A DNA stretch of 64,000 bases from an uncultured Verrucomicrobiae bacterium. GTDB lineage: Bacteria; Verrucomicrobiota; Verrucomicrobiia; Chthoniobacterales; UBA10450. Positions within the stretch are counted from its first letter, which is position 1. Each line of letters opens with the position of its first letter. The notes under the pieces are model-generated. The model did not search any database and had not been told where the DNA came from. It saw only the letters and a list, made by a program, of their open reading frames with translations. The position numbers and the translations under genes are program-made. Shown in pieces: positions 39,782-49,149 of the stretch. The stretch spans positions 8,178 to 72,177 of the forward strand of contig CAWGFS010000017.1 of the NCBI GenBank assembly GCA_963821915.1, in the 5' to 3' direction.

Positions 39782-41302
39782 TTACTGGATGGTGACCGCC
39801 AAAGGTCTGGATGCGATTCCGTTGGCAACCACTTCGATTGTGCTGGCCCCGGTCTCGGCTGTGGCGGGCACATCGAACATGGTGGAAACCTTGGCCTTAG
39901 CGGTCGCCACCGCCATCGTGCTGTGGTCGTGTGTACGGGCATAGAAGACATGGCCAGTCGCGTTGTTCGTGATTCTGACCAAAGGATAGTTAGTCGCGCT
40001 CAGGGCGTCGTCGCCGTAATCGGAGCCACCGGAAAGTCCATTGAACTGCGTCCCAGAGATGCGAGAAGTCGAGCCCCGGTTGAGAGGAGCAGAAACCTTC
40101 TTAATCTTCGGCCGCCACGCATTATTCACGCTCCCCGTGGTAGTGTAGACTTCCACGTCCTTCGTTTTGCCGTCAGCCACCAGGTAGAGCACCTGTCCCG
40201 TCGGCAGGAGCAAGGTGCGCGTTTGCCACGATTGCAGGCTGGGCGAACTCTGTGTCGCCGGAGCCTGGGTGAAGGTGATGCCATCAAAGATAAAGAAAGT
40301 GATGTTGCCCTGGAAAACGCCGGGGCTGGCCGCCAGCAGAATGTTGCCATCTGGAAGTAAACTGGCTGGACCGTCGGCGGAGTCGTTCCTGTTTGGGTAG
40401 TCAGGTCCAGGCGTCCACGTCCCGGTCGAGGGATTATAAATCGAAGTATGAGGAGTTCCTCCAAAAGCCACCATGTTCCCGTCCGGGCGCAGGATTTGCG
40501 GTCCGATCTCGAAACTGCCCGCGTCGGGCAGAGCCACAATTGTGCTCCCCGCGCTGGTCCATTTGAGCGTGGCCGGATCGTATATCTCAGAGTTGGGAAT
40601 GTTGTCGGTATCAATTGTGAGGATTTTACCATTGGGCAGAAGGCCGAATCCCTCTTCGGAATAAGTGTCTACTTTCCCCGTATTGGTGATCGCGGTCCAA
40701 GTCAGGTTACTGGCATTGAAGGTCACCTGTTTTGTCGACGAGATTCCACCCTGACCCATCATAAAGACTCCGTCAGGCTGAACGATGCCCGGCGAGTCGC
40801 CGATGTTGTTCCAGCCTGCCGGCGGGTTAACTTGCGTCCAGACATTGGCCACCGGGTCATAGATCGCCCCCTGGTTTGTAAAGACCTGCGAGAGATTATT
40901 ATACTCTCCACCTTCTACGAGTAACCGGCCATCTGGCAGCACGGCGTTGGCAAAATAGAGCGGAGCGTAGCCGGCCTGCATTGCGGCCATCTGAGCCCAG
41001 GTACCGTTGACGTAGCTGCCATTAATATCCGGCGTCAGCTTCCACCAGATATTGCTGTTGTATTGGTGCACCAGAACCGTGCCATCCGTCAGGAGATTGG
41101 CGGAGTCGGTATTGAAGGTGGGCTGATTGATCAGCTTCGTCCAGCTTCCTGTCGCGACCTCGTCGAGGCCAGACGGTCCCAAACGCTGCGCGGAGGCGGT
41201 TTGCGTGATAGTCCAGACTGCCAGAGCAGCTGTGACGCCCAACGTAAAAGAGCAGAGGCGCCGCTGGAATGCAGCCCGATGATGTGCGGAATGAGTTGTC
41301 AT
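39782..41302 (-). CDS. Kelch/galactose-oxidase-like beta-propeller protein with C-terminal Ig-like (E-set) domain, secreted
   Basis: Signal peptide and seven-blade-like repeats (DG....GG pattern). The C-terminus NYPLVRITNNATGHVFYARTHDHSTM... resembles the glyoxal/galactose oxidase DUF1929 region. Confidence 0.7.
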   Translation of the reverse strand: MTTHSAHHRAAFQRRLCSFTLGVTAALAVWTITQTASAQRLGPSGLDEVATGSWTKLINQPTFNTDSANLLTDGTVLVHQYNSNIWWKLTPDINGSYVNGTWAQMAAMQAGYAPLYFANAVLPDGRLLVEGGEYNNLSQVFTNQGAIYDPVANVWTQVNPPAGWNNIGDSPGIVQPDGVFMMGQGGISSTKQVTFNASNLTWTAITNTGKVDTYSEEGFGLLPNGKILTIDTDNIPNSEIYDPATLKWTSAGSTIVALPDAGSFEIGPQILRPDGNMVAFGGTPHTSIYNPSTGTWTPGPDYPNRNDSADGPASLLPDGNILLAASPGVFQGNITFFIFDGITFTQAPATQSSPSLQSWQTRTLLLPTGQVLYLVADGKTKDVEVYTTTGSVNNAWRPKIKKVSAPLNRGSTSRISGTQFNGLSGGSDYGDDALSATNYPLVRITNNATGHVFYARTHDHSTMAVATAKAKVSTMFDVPATAETGASTIEVVANGIASRPLAVTIQ

Positions 41303-41859
41303 TTGGCCGAATCGTGATCAATCGCGGACGTCTCGACAAGCCAAATCTGACGATTTCGTAATCTTTTTTGCAGTCGACCGGTGCCGTCATTTCTGGGGTG
41401 CGGGTAAGGGAGGACCGAGGAGCAACGCAAGGGATCCCGGGGCTGGTCAGAGGTCCGATCCTGCGCTCGAGTCACCGCGGGTGAGCAGGCTATGACAGGC
41501 CAAGTCGGCCATCTAGCCCATTTTTTGGGGTGCAACAGCTTCGAATTGTATATTGCGTGCCGTTCCGGGACTCCATTCGCGAAAAATGGCAGAGCTCCAA
41601 GGCACAGCTGTCGCAGTGTTCGCCGGATGGCAACATGAAAACGGAGCGCAGCCCTAGAAACGGGGACCGGGTTCGGGCCACCTGGTGGCTTGGCCGGATT
41701 TTCGCAAAGCGTGTTATACGTCCTTCGACTGCTTTCCCCGGACGGGAAACGGCGCCTGCGGCTCTAAGGGCCCATCGCTCTTTCAGGGAACCATGAATAT
41801 GCCTTATCGCGGTCAGGAACCTAAATATCTTGCGGCAGTGATGCGTTCTAAGGTAAGCT

Positions 41860-42240
41860 TTGTTTTCCCCAAGAGAAAAAATTGTGAAACAAGCATTCCG
41901 AATCCAGGCGGCGCTCGCCTTTGCCATCCTATTCACGGTTTGGCTCAGTGGTTGCGGCAAGGAGAGTACGGCTGAAGCCATCGCCTCCGGCAGCGCTGCC
42001 CCAATCAACGAAGTCGACCTGATGATCAATGACTACGAAAAGGTTACGAATCAGTACGTCCGCATGGCGAGGAAACTAAAGGGGGGCGACATGAGCGTCA
42101 CAGTTCCGTACATTGAGCTGGGCAAAGAGATCCGGATATCCTCAGCGAAGCTTCAGCAGATAGCAGCGAAGATGACATCGGAGCAAGCGCAACGCGTTGC
42201 AACCATTTCGGCCAGGGCGGCGCCTTACTTGCAAAATTAA
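41860..42240 (+). CDS. Lipoprotein of unknown function
   Basis: Lipobox LSGC after a hydrophobic leader. The start is uncertain. Confidence 0.6.
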   Translation: MFSPREKIVKQAFRIQAALAFAILFTVWLSGCGKESTAEAIASGSAAPINEVDLMINDYEKVTNQYVRMARKLKGGDMSVTVPYIELGKEIRISSAKLQQIAAKMTSEQAQRVATISARAAPYLQN

Positions 42241-43166
42241 TTTAGGCCATCGCTAAACACAGTAGCTGGTGTGCCGGTCGAGCGTGGCGCCTGCGGTCGG
42301 CTTTTAAGGCCATCATCACTTCCGCTGAGGACAGAAAGTTAGAGCGAAAAGATGGCCGCTCAACCGCGGTGGGGACAGAAGGCTGAGCCGCCTGTCCCCT
42401 TGGCATGGTCAACGTTCCTTGCCAAACCAAAGTGGCTATATAGTCAATGTGATTACGATGTTGTAACTAAGTAGATTTGACCTTGAGGCGCACTCTAATC
42501 GACCGATTCTTTCCTCGTGGTGATGGATGAGATTCACTGACCTGGTGAGATGAGCGATAAAACCAGCGGCGAGCGAAGGAGCAACGTCGTCGTTCATGCC
42601 GTAGCCGCTCAGCCAATACCGCGCCATTCGATCTGGAGCGTGGCTTTGACGTCTTCCCAGGTACCTTCAATCCGGGTGCGAATGGAGACGCAACGACGAT
42701 GCAGAAGGATCAAGGCTAGGATGTAAACGAAAGTTTTCATGGACCACAGTGAGAGACACAAGGCATCATTTTATTTCGCAATAGAGTAGAATGGAGGCAA
42801 GGTCGCCATCGATTCGATTTCAAGCAATACCGACGCGACAGTTTAAGCGGGCCATTCTTAGCGGTGCGATTGGATCCGTATAGCTCTTAAGCACGATGAA
42901 GTCGTAGCTCAGCGTGATACCGGGCAAACTTGACTGGACGACGGCCGGGTTGGAGTGAGTGCCACGGTCTTCAGCATCGGTCCGGGATCACCAGCGTCGT
43001 TCGCCGCATAGTCCCATCGCCAAATCGGACGGCGATTGTGACACTATTGCTGTTTCAGGGAGATATTGCCAGAAAAACCCGGACTTTTCAAACCCGGTCG
43101 GCGATCCCGGCTATGGCCGGCGGCGATTTCGCTTTTAGTTACTGAGTGTTTAGCTGAAAGTTCCAC

Positions 43167-43769
43167 ATGGGTAAGAACCGGCTCGAAGCCTTTAGCGACG
43201 GCGTCTTCGCAATCATCATCACCATCATGGTTCTGGAACTGAAAGTGCCGCATAGCGCCAGCCTCGCCGCGCTGCTCCAGCTCTGGCCGGTTTTTCTCAG
43301 CTACGTCCTGAGTTTTGTTTTTCTCGGGATTTATTGGAACAATCATCACCATATGCTCAACGCGGTGAAGCGTATCACCGGTCGCAATCTCTGGGCAAAT
43401 TTGCATCTGCTTTTCTGGCTCTCGCTCATTCCTTTCGCCACCGGATGGATGGGCGAGAACCACTTCACCACGGGGCCCGTGGCGCTTTATGGCGGGGTAC
43501 TGTTGTGTGCGGCCGGCGCTTACCTGCTGCTCCAGCGCTCGTTGATCAAGGCGGAAGGGCCGGATTGCCTGCTCGCCCGAGCGGTCGGTGGCGACTGGAA
43601 GGGGAATCTCTCGCCCTTGACTTATGCCGCTGCGATTGCGCTGGCTTTTGTCGACCCTTGGATCTCTTGCGCGCTCTACATCGTGGCGGCGGCAATTTGG
43701 CTCCTCCCCGACCCGCGGATCGAGCGAAAGATCGTGCCGGCGGAGGGGCGGTCGGCCGCCGATCATTAA
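43167..43769 (+). CDS. TMEM175/DUF1211 family potassium channel-like membrane protein
   Basis: RLEAFSDGVFAIIITIMVLEL signature and six TM helices. Confidence 0.85.
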   Translation: MGKNRLEAFSDGVFAIIITIMVLELKVPHSASLAALLQLWPVFLSYVLSFVFLGIYWNNHHHMLNAVKRITGRNLWANLHLLFWLSLIPFATGWMGENHFTTGPVALYGGVLLCAAGAYLLLQRSLIKAEGPDCLLARAVGGDWKGNLSPLTYAAAIALAFVDPWISCALYIVAAAIWLLPDPRIERKIVPAEGRSAADH

Positions 43770-43811
43770 CAAATATCTCGCGCAGGCACGGAATTTTCTG
43801 CAATTTGGCTT

Positions 43812-44222
43812 GTGCGCGTCCTGATCGCTGATGACGAGAAGAGCTTTTCGACGGTCCTGGCCGCTCTGGTGCACTCTTGTGGACACGAAGTGGTGAGCGT
43901 AGTGCACTCGGGGCTCGACGCGATCCGCTCCTATCGCCTGCACAAGCCAGATGTGGTGCTGATGGATTTCGCGATGGCGCGGCTGAACGGCCTGACCGCC
44001 TGTCGCAACATCCTGAGCGATGATCCGGACGGTTGCGTTCTTTTCCTCTCGGGCCTGAGTGAGCGGACGGAATTGACCCCGGAATCCTCCGGCGCTCTGG
44101 CCGTGTTGCAGAAACCGATCACGCGCACGCGGCTGGAGCAAGTGTTGAATGATGCGGCCACGCGGCGGCAATCCGGCAAGAGTAAGGGCACGTCCTGCGT
44201 GCCGGTCGATTCGGGATTGTGA
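43812..44222 (+). CDS. Single-domain response regulator (receiver domain)
   Basis: VLIADDE, phospho-acceptor context DVVLMDFAM, and LQKP. Confidence 0.8.
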   Translation: MRVLIADDEKSFSTVLAALVHSCGHEVVSVVHSGLDAIRSYRLHKPDVVLMDFAMARLNGLTACRNILSDDPDGCVLFLSGLSERTELTPESSGALAVLQKPITRTRLEQVLNDAATRRQSGKSKGTSCVPVDSGL

Positions 44223-44237
44223 CGCTCGCTGGGAACG

Positions 44238-44303
44238 TCGTTAGGCGGGAGGGTTCGGTGGCCGCAGGTCGGCCCGGACGTGAAAGAAGGCTTGCCGTTA
44301 GGC
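44238..44303 (+). repeat. Pair of TCGTTAGGC / CGTTAGGC words in a convergent-gene spacer
   Basis: TCGTTAGGC is at 44238-44246 and CGTTAGGC at 44296-44303, in the same orientation. Confidence 0.7.
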
Positions 44304-44313
44304 TGGCCAACCG

Positions 44314-44703
44314 CTACTTCGCGTAGCCGGTCGAGGCCTGGCCGGCGGCATGCAATCTGTTGAGCGAACTGTGCACTTCGTAGCGCACAACGGTCCCGCC
44401 GGGGCTGAGAACAACGGTAAGCTGCTGCGCTTCGACGTTAAGGCCGCCGAGGCAGGGCCCGATGAGCGGGATGTAGGATTTGGCCGGAGCCGGCACGGAT
44501 CGAAACCAATCAATCGCGGTATAATGTGCCAGATCAACGAACCGCGTCGTCGGGATGCCGAAGAGATTCACCAAGTCCGCCTCAGTCGTCTGCCCGGGCC
44601 GGATCTGGTTGACGTTCTCCTGCGTGATCGTGCTCGGGTACGAGGCCAGAATCGTTAGGCAAGAGGAGAGCAGGAGGGCGGCGACAAGGGATTTGGTTTT
44701 CAT
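44314..44703 (-). CDS. Lipoprotein with SmpA/OmlA (BamE-like) domain
   Basis: Lipobox LLSSC and IRPGQTTEADLVNLFGIPT. Confidence 0.6.
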   Translation of the reverse strand: MKTKSLVAALLLSSCLTILASYPSTITQENVNQIRPGQTTEADLVNLFGIPTTRFVDLAHYTAIDWFRSVPAPAKSYIPLIGPCLGGLNVEAQQLTVVLSPGGTVVRYEVHSSLNRLHAAGQASTGYAK

Positions 44704-45066
44704 TGGGCTAGTCTCTACATTCTGCACAAATTGCGCCGGGATGCAGCAAAATCGTTCGCTAGCAGCGAAATTGTTCGCGGTTGCGATTGTGCTGGTGGTG
44801 GCTGGCGTTTGTCCGATCGTGACCTACCAACCCAAGCCCCGCAGAGAAGAGGAACTTGCTCCGACTGGTCCGCGCCCGTGTGCGAACGCTGCGCCGGAAG
44901 GGAGCGGGCGAACGAGCGCGTGCCGGTGATCAACGTGCAAAAGACGGGACAACCATCGAGGTCACGGAATGGGATCGAGCGAAGCAATCGACGCCGCGCA
45001 TCGCAATCCGGATGGGCCCTTTCCCGATTCGCGCTTTTGCCCGCCTAACGACCGAGTAAACGCGGG

Positions 45067-45873
45067 TCAGTTTTGCACCGCTTTGCGGTATTCCTCGAGC
45101 GCCTGTGGCATCCAACTTTGCAACTGCTCGATGCGATGGCCATGCGAGGGATGACTGGAGAGAAACTCCGGCGGCTGGGCCCCGCCGCCTTGTTCCATCC
45201 TTTGCCAGAACCGTATGCTCTCGCGCGGATCGTACCCAGCCCGGGCCATGTAGATCAAGCCAATGTGGTCGGCCTCTGATTCATGTTCGCGACCGAAGGG
45301 CATGAGGACGCCGAACTGCGCTCCCGCACCCAGGGCACCCATCACGGCGCGCTGATTGTTGTAGTCCATATCGGAAAGGGAAACCGCGATCCCGGTTAGC
45401 GCGGTTTGGGTGAGGTTTTGTTGCAGGACGCGTTGTGCGCCATGGCGGGAGGTGGCATGCGCCATCTCGTGCCCAAGCACGGTCGCGAGAGCCGCTTCGT
45501 TTTCCGCGACCGGCAAAATGCCAGTATAAACGACGATTTTCCCACCCGGCAGGCAGAAGGCGTTCACCTGGTTGTCGCGAATCAGCGATTCCTGCCAGTC
45601 GAACCCGCTCCCAGCCGGCCCGGTTGCCTTGGCGAGCCGGCTGGCTACCCGCCGCACCATCTCGAACTCCGGCCCCGAGTTGATCGTCTGCGATTGGTCG
45701 AGCACCTCGCGGTAGCCCTGCAAGCCGAGCGCGGACTCCTGTTCGACCGATAAGCCGACATGACTCTTGCGCCCGGTCTCCGGGTTAACAAACTTCTCCG
45801 AGCTAAAGTATTGGTAGGCGAAAAAAATCGCTGCGAGAAGGATCGGAATCCATTTGATGTGAGTCCGTCTCAT
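45067..45873 (-). CDS. M48 family zinc metallopeptidase
   Basis: HEMAHATSRH (HExxH) with a downstream E..AD, and an N-terminal TM segment. Confidence 0.85.
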   Translation of the reverse strand: MRRTHIKWIPILLAAIFFAYQYFSSEKFVNPETGRKSHVGLSVEQESALGLQGYREVLDQSQTINSGPEFEMVRRVASRLAKATGPAGSGFDWQESLIRDNQVNAFCLPGGKIVVYTGILPVAENEAALATVLGHEMAHATSRHGAQRVLQQNLTQTALTGIAVSLSDMDYNNQRAVMGALGAGAQFGVLMPFGREHESEADHIGLIYMARAGYDPRESIRFWQRMEQGGGAQPPEFLSSHPSHGHRIEQLQSWMPQALEEYRKAVQN

Positions 45874-45950
45874 GTTCTGTAGCCGCAGCTCTTAACCTGG
45901 CCAGGTTTAGATTGCTTTCGCCTGATGCAACACTTCGCCGGGGCATGCCC

Positions 45951-46325
45951 TTATTCAGGGCTGACTAACGGCAGAAATTCCTCCCGCACCACCTTACCGT
46001 CTTTGACCTTGTAGATTCCGACCTCAGACCCTTGGAAACGCTGGCCGGAATTCTTATCCGTCACATCGATATCGAAACGTACGACAAAAGTATCGCGGGC
46101 GACAAACGGCCCCGTGGCCTTTGCGCTGTGCACCTCGTGATTATCCACCCACCACTTGGTTTTGGCAGAAACCGCATCGAACCCTTTCGCCTCCGCCGGC
46201 ATGTCGCCCATAGGCCGCGGTTCCACGCTGACAACATCCTTGTCGTAAAGCGTCTTTATCGCCTCCTCGAAGGCACCCTTCCTGCAGAGCTCCACCAATT
46301 TTTTTGCCACCTCTTCTGTCGCCAT
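45951..46325 (-). CDS. SnoaL-like / NTF2-fold protein
   Basis: 124 aa, with the family-typical alpha+beta cone pattern (LYDKDVVSVEP...WWVDNHEVH). Confidence 0.65.
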   Translation of the reverse strand: MATEEVAKKLVELCRKGAFEEAIKTLYDKDVVSVEPRPMGDMPAEAKGFDAVSAKTKWWVDNHEVHSAKATGPFVARDTFVVRFDIDVTDKNSGQRFQGSEVGIYKVKDGKVVREEFLPLVSPE

Positions 46326-46433
46326 ATTATCCTCCTGATTTTATCTTTTTGTTGAAAAGTCCGCTGCAAATTTGTCGAACCCGCATGTCACTTTCGGATT
46401 CATGACGCTGCACCTGCCCTGAGCGGCTCTACA

Positions 46434-47675
46434 TCAGAACGCCCATATGCCCTGTGCAAACCGGCCCGTGTAGAGCGCAAGATATAAAAGAGACCAGATT
46501 GACAGCATGGCAAACGAAAAACGACGTCCGGTGCAGGCCCTGGCGAAAAGCAGAAAGACGGGAAAGAGTGTGAGAGTGTAGCGCGGCACGCTGAGGACAT
46601 AGGCTGTGCTAGTGATGAGCAGCCAATTCAGGGTTATCCAGACCGAGTAGGATGGCCGCAACCGCACCCAGGACCAAACGGTGCAGACCGAGACCAGCAC
46701 CACGCCGATGAGTTCGTTCAACCCTTCGTTCACGTTCATTCCGAGAGCCCGCAGATAGACGTCGCGGATGCCCACCCAGGGCGGAGCGAACTTCTTGTAC
46801 CAGTGTTCGTGCATGATCTTCGTAAACGCGAAAAAATCACCCGTCACTTCATGATTTAGCCAGAGATAGCCGAGAAACCCAAAGGGCACCAAACAGAGCC
46901 AAAGCCAGCGAAGATTGATACGACGCGTCTGCCAGTATTGGAGACCGACTTCCGTGGCAAGCGCCGGAAGCAGGATCAAGCCATTCACCCGGGTAAGACA
47001 GGCACCGGCACCGAGCAATCCGGCGAACGCCCAGCGCTCCTTCCGCGCGGCAAGAAAGCAACCGAGAGTCAAAGCAAGGAAGAGGCTTTCGGTGTAACCG
47101 ATATGCAGAAAGAAGCTCGTCGGAAAGATAAAGAGAAACCAGACAGCATTGCGCGATACCTCTTCGGACTCGTCGCAACGCGCCAAGCGCCGGAACAACA
47201 GAGCCGCGGCCACGGAGGCAAAACCCGAGACGATCAAAGCCGCCGCCATGTAGTCACGAACGAAGAAAGCCGTCAGTCTAATCAGCCAGGGATAGAGCGG
47301 GAAAAAGACGAGCGATACGCGACTGTCGCCCGCAGCGACGTAGCCGTGTTCTGCGAGTCCGAGGTAATGCAACGTGTCCCAGTTGTTCCATATTTCGAGC
47401 CAGCTCCGGTGGGCTGGGTCAAATGAGGCGACGGCCTGCACACCAAAGGTCAGGAGTAGCGCCTTGATGCCAAGAACCAGCCCAATCGTTTCCCAATCCC
47501 AGCCCCGGACGCGCGCAAGCCAATCATTGCGCCCGCCTTGGGACCCACCACGCTCTGCCTGCGTAGAAGAAGAATTCACCCGGCAGCGTAGTAGCGAAGG
47601 AAATCGGAATCGTCGAGCGCCAACTTTACAACAGGCCGTAATCCGGGAACTCCCCCACCCCTCGCCGAGATTCAC
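46434..47675 (-). CDS. Polytopic membrane glycosyltransferase (PIG-V/mannosyltransferase-like)
   Basis: WDTLHYLGLAEHGY...LVFFPLYPWLIRL motif and about 9 TM helices. The start is uncertain. Confidence 0.7.
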   Translation of the reverse strand: MNLGEGWGSSRITACCKVGARRFRFPSLLRCRVNSSSTQAERGGSQGGRNDWLARVRGWDWETIGLVLGIKALLLTFGVQAVASFDPAHRSWLEIWNNWDTLHYLGLAEHGYVAAGDSRVSLVFFPLYPWLIRLTAFFVRDYMAAALIVSGFASVAAALLFRRLARCDESEEVSRNAVWFLFIFPTSFFLHIGYTESLFLALTLGCFLAARKERWAFAGLLGAGACLTRVNGLILLPALATEVGLQYWQTRRINLRWLWLCLVPFGFLGYLWLNHEVTGDFFAFTKIMHEHWYKKFAPPWVGIRDVYLRALGMNVNEGLNELIGVVLVSVCTVWSWVRLRPSYSVWITLNWLLITSTAYVLSVPRYTLTLFPVFLLFARACTGRRFSFAMLSIWSLLYLALYTGRFAQGIWAF

Positions 47676-47840
47676 CGGGTCTCGCCTTGGTCGCCTTATG
47701 CGCAGCCTTCGAGATGGCCGCGGAAACTGATCCCACGAAACCGAGAATACAGTTCGTCCTAGAGCGTCCGTCGTCAGAAGGTCAATAGCCTACCAGCCGA
47801 TTGACCTTGCCTCTTGAGAATGCCGGCGCCCCGGAGGATG

Positions 47841-48521
47841 TTAAATATCGATTGTCTCTCCTATTTGCGGTAACAACAGTTCTTTCCCGGCGGCGTTCGC
47901 GGCTTTTATCGCGGCGTCGCGGTCGAGCTTGATCGGCGGGAAGGTATCGTAGTGCACACCGACAATTTTCGTGACCCTGACAAAGTCCGCGGCCCGGAGC
48001 GCGTCGTCGATTCCCATGGTGAAGAAGTCTCCGATCGGGAGGACTGCAAAACGCAGTTCTGTCTGTTCGCTTATGAGTTTCATGTCTAAGGTGAGCGCGG
48101 TATCGCCTGAGTAATAGAAATTTCCATCGCTCGTCTCGATAACGAAGCCCGCGGGATTCCCGCCGTAGCTTCCGTCGGGCATCGAGCTGCTGTGGATGGC
48201 GGCGGTCAGCTTGACTCGCCCGAAAGGTGTTCGGGCGGCGCCACCGTGGTTCATCGATTGCACATTCTCGAGGCCCTTCTTTTCGAACCAGGAGCCGACT
48301 TCGAAAGGCGCGATGACCGTCGCGCCGGTCCGCTGCGCGATTGCCACCACATCCGCCACGTGATCGCCGTGGCCATGCGAAATGAGAATAAAATCGGCCG
48401 CGATTTTTTTCGTGTCGATCTTCTCAGCGAGTGGATTTGGGGTGATGAATGGATCGAAGAGAAGCGTCTTTCCGCCGGCCTCGACCGCAAAACAGGCGTG
48501 CCCATAGTAAGTAAACTTCAT
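47841..48521 (-). CDS. UPF0173 metallo-beta-lactamase-fold hydrolase
   Basis: MKFTYYGHACF and ILISHGHGDH motifs. Confidence 0.85.
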   Translation of the reverse strand: MKFTYYGHACFAVEAGGKTLLFDPFITPNPLAEKIDTKKIAADFILISHGHGDHVADVVAIAQRTGATVIAPFEVGSWFEKKGLENVQSMNHGGAARTPFGRVKLTAAIHSSSMPDGSYGGNPAGFVIETSDGNFYYSGDTALTLDMKLISEQTELRFAVLPIGDFFTMGIDDALRAADFVRVTKIVGVHYDTFPPIKLDRDAAIKAANAAGKELLLPQIGETIDI

Positions 48522-48672
48522 AGGACCATTTAATTATCGATTGCCGAGGACGCAATAGGTTCGCCTCGGAACAAGACCGCTGTCGGAGAGTCGTGCACCG
48601 CACCGGTGGCGTCGGACTGCTCCCAGTCGTTCTCAATTCATCCGCTACACCGCACTAGCCTGCCAGGTCCGC

Positions 48673-49110
48673 CTAGGCGCCGTAGGATTTGCTGAATTTT
48701 TTCTTCGATTCCGGTTCCGGCGTAGCCGTTGAAGGGGCGTCGCCCGACGCGGCGGGCTGCTTGTCGGTTGCGGCCGACGTGGCCTCGGACGCGGCTTCAG
48801 GAGGACGCGAGGTTGCTCCGGAAGAAGGAGTGGATTGCGAGGCCTCGACAAAAGCCATTTGCAAACTGGAGAGCGCATTCCGCAGCACGGTCGATTCTTC
48901 GCTGGTCAGGTTGCCGCGAGTCTTTTCCTGGATCATCGCGAGTTGGTCAATGAACATCCGGGCAACTTCCAGGTTCACTTCCGCCTGACCGGTCTGCGGA
49001 TTGGGGATTTGCCCGAGAAAAAGCGCGGCATTCTGCGCCTGCATCATGACGAACTCGATAAAACGCTGGGTCAATTCTCCGGACTGAGTAGTAGTTTGGA
49101 CTTCGGCCAT
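48673..49110 (-). CDS. DUF1844 domain protein
   Basis: FIEFVMMQAQNAALFLGQIPNPQTGQAEVNLEVARMFIDQLAMIQEKTRGNL pattern. Confidence 0.7.
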   Translation of the reverse strand: MAEVQTTTQSGELTQRFIEFVMMQAQNAALFLGQIPNPQTGQAEVNLEVARMFIDQLAMIQEKTRGNLTSEESTVLRNALSSLQMAFVEASQSTPSSGATSRPPEAASEATSAATDKQPAASGDAPSTATPEPESKKKFSKSYGA

Positions 49111-49149
49111 AGGATGTGGGCAGGTTGAGTGAGTTCGATTAAGCGGTGG

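Noticed and set aside
43044-44171. Long antisense or out-of-frame ORFs, e.g. 43044-44171(-) at 375 aa. Others are 4716-5561(-), 20467-21159(-), 28619-29347(+), 50624-51631(+), 55874-56824(-), 59015-59677(-) and 60794-61408(-).
   Set aside because: These are shadow ORFs typical of GC-rich DNA. They are Arg/Pro/Gly-rich with no motifs, and each overlaps a gene with clear family signatures on the other strand or in another frame.
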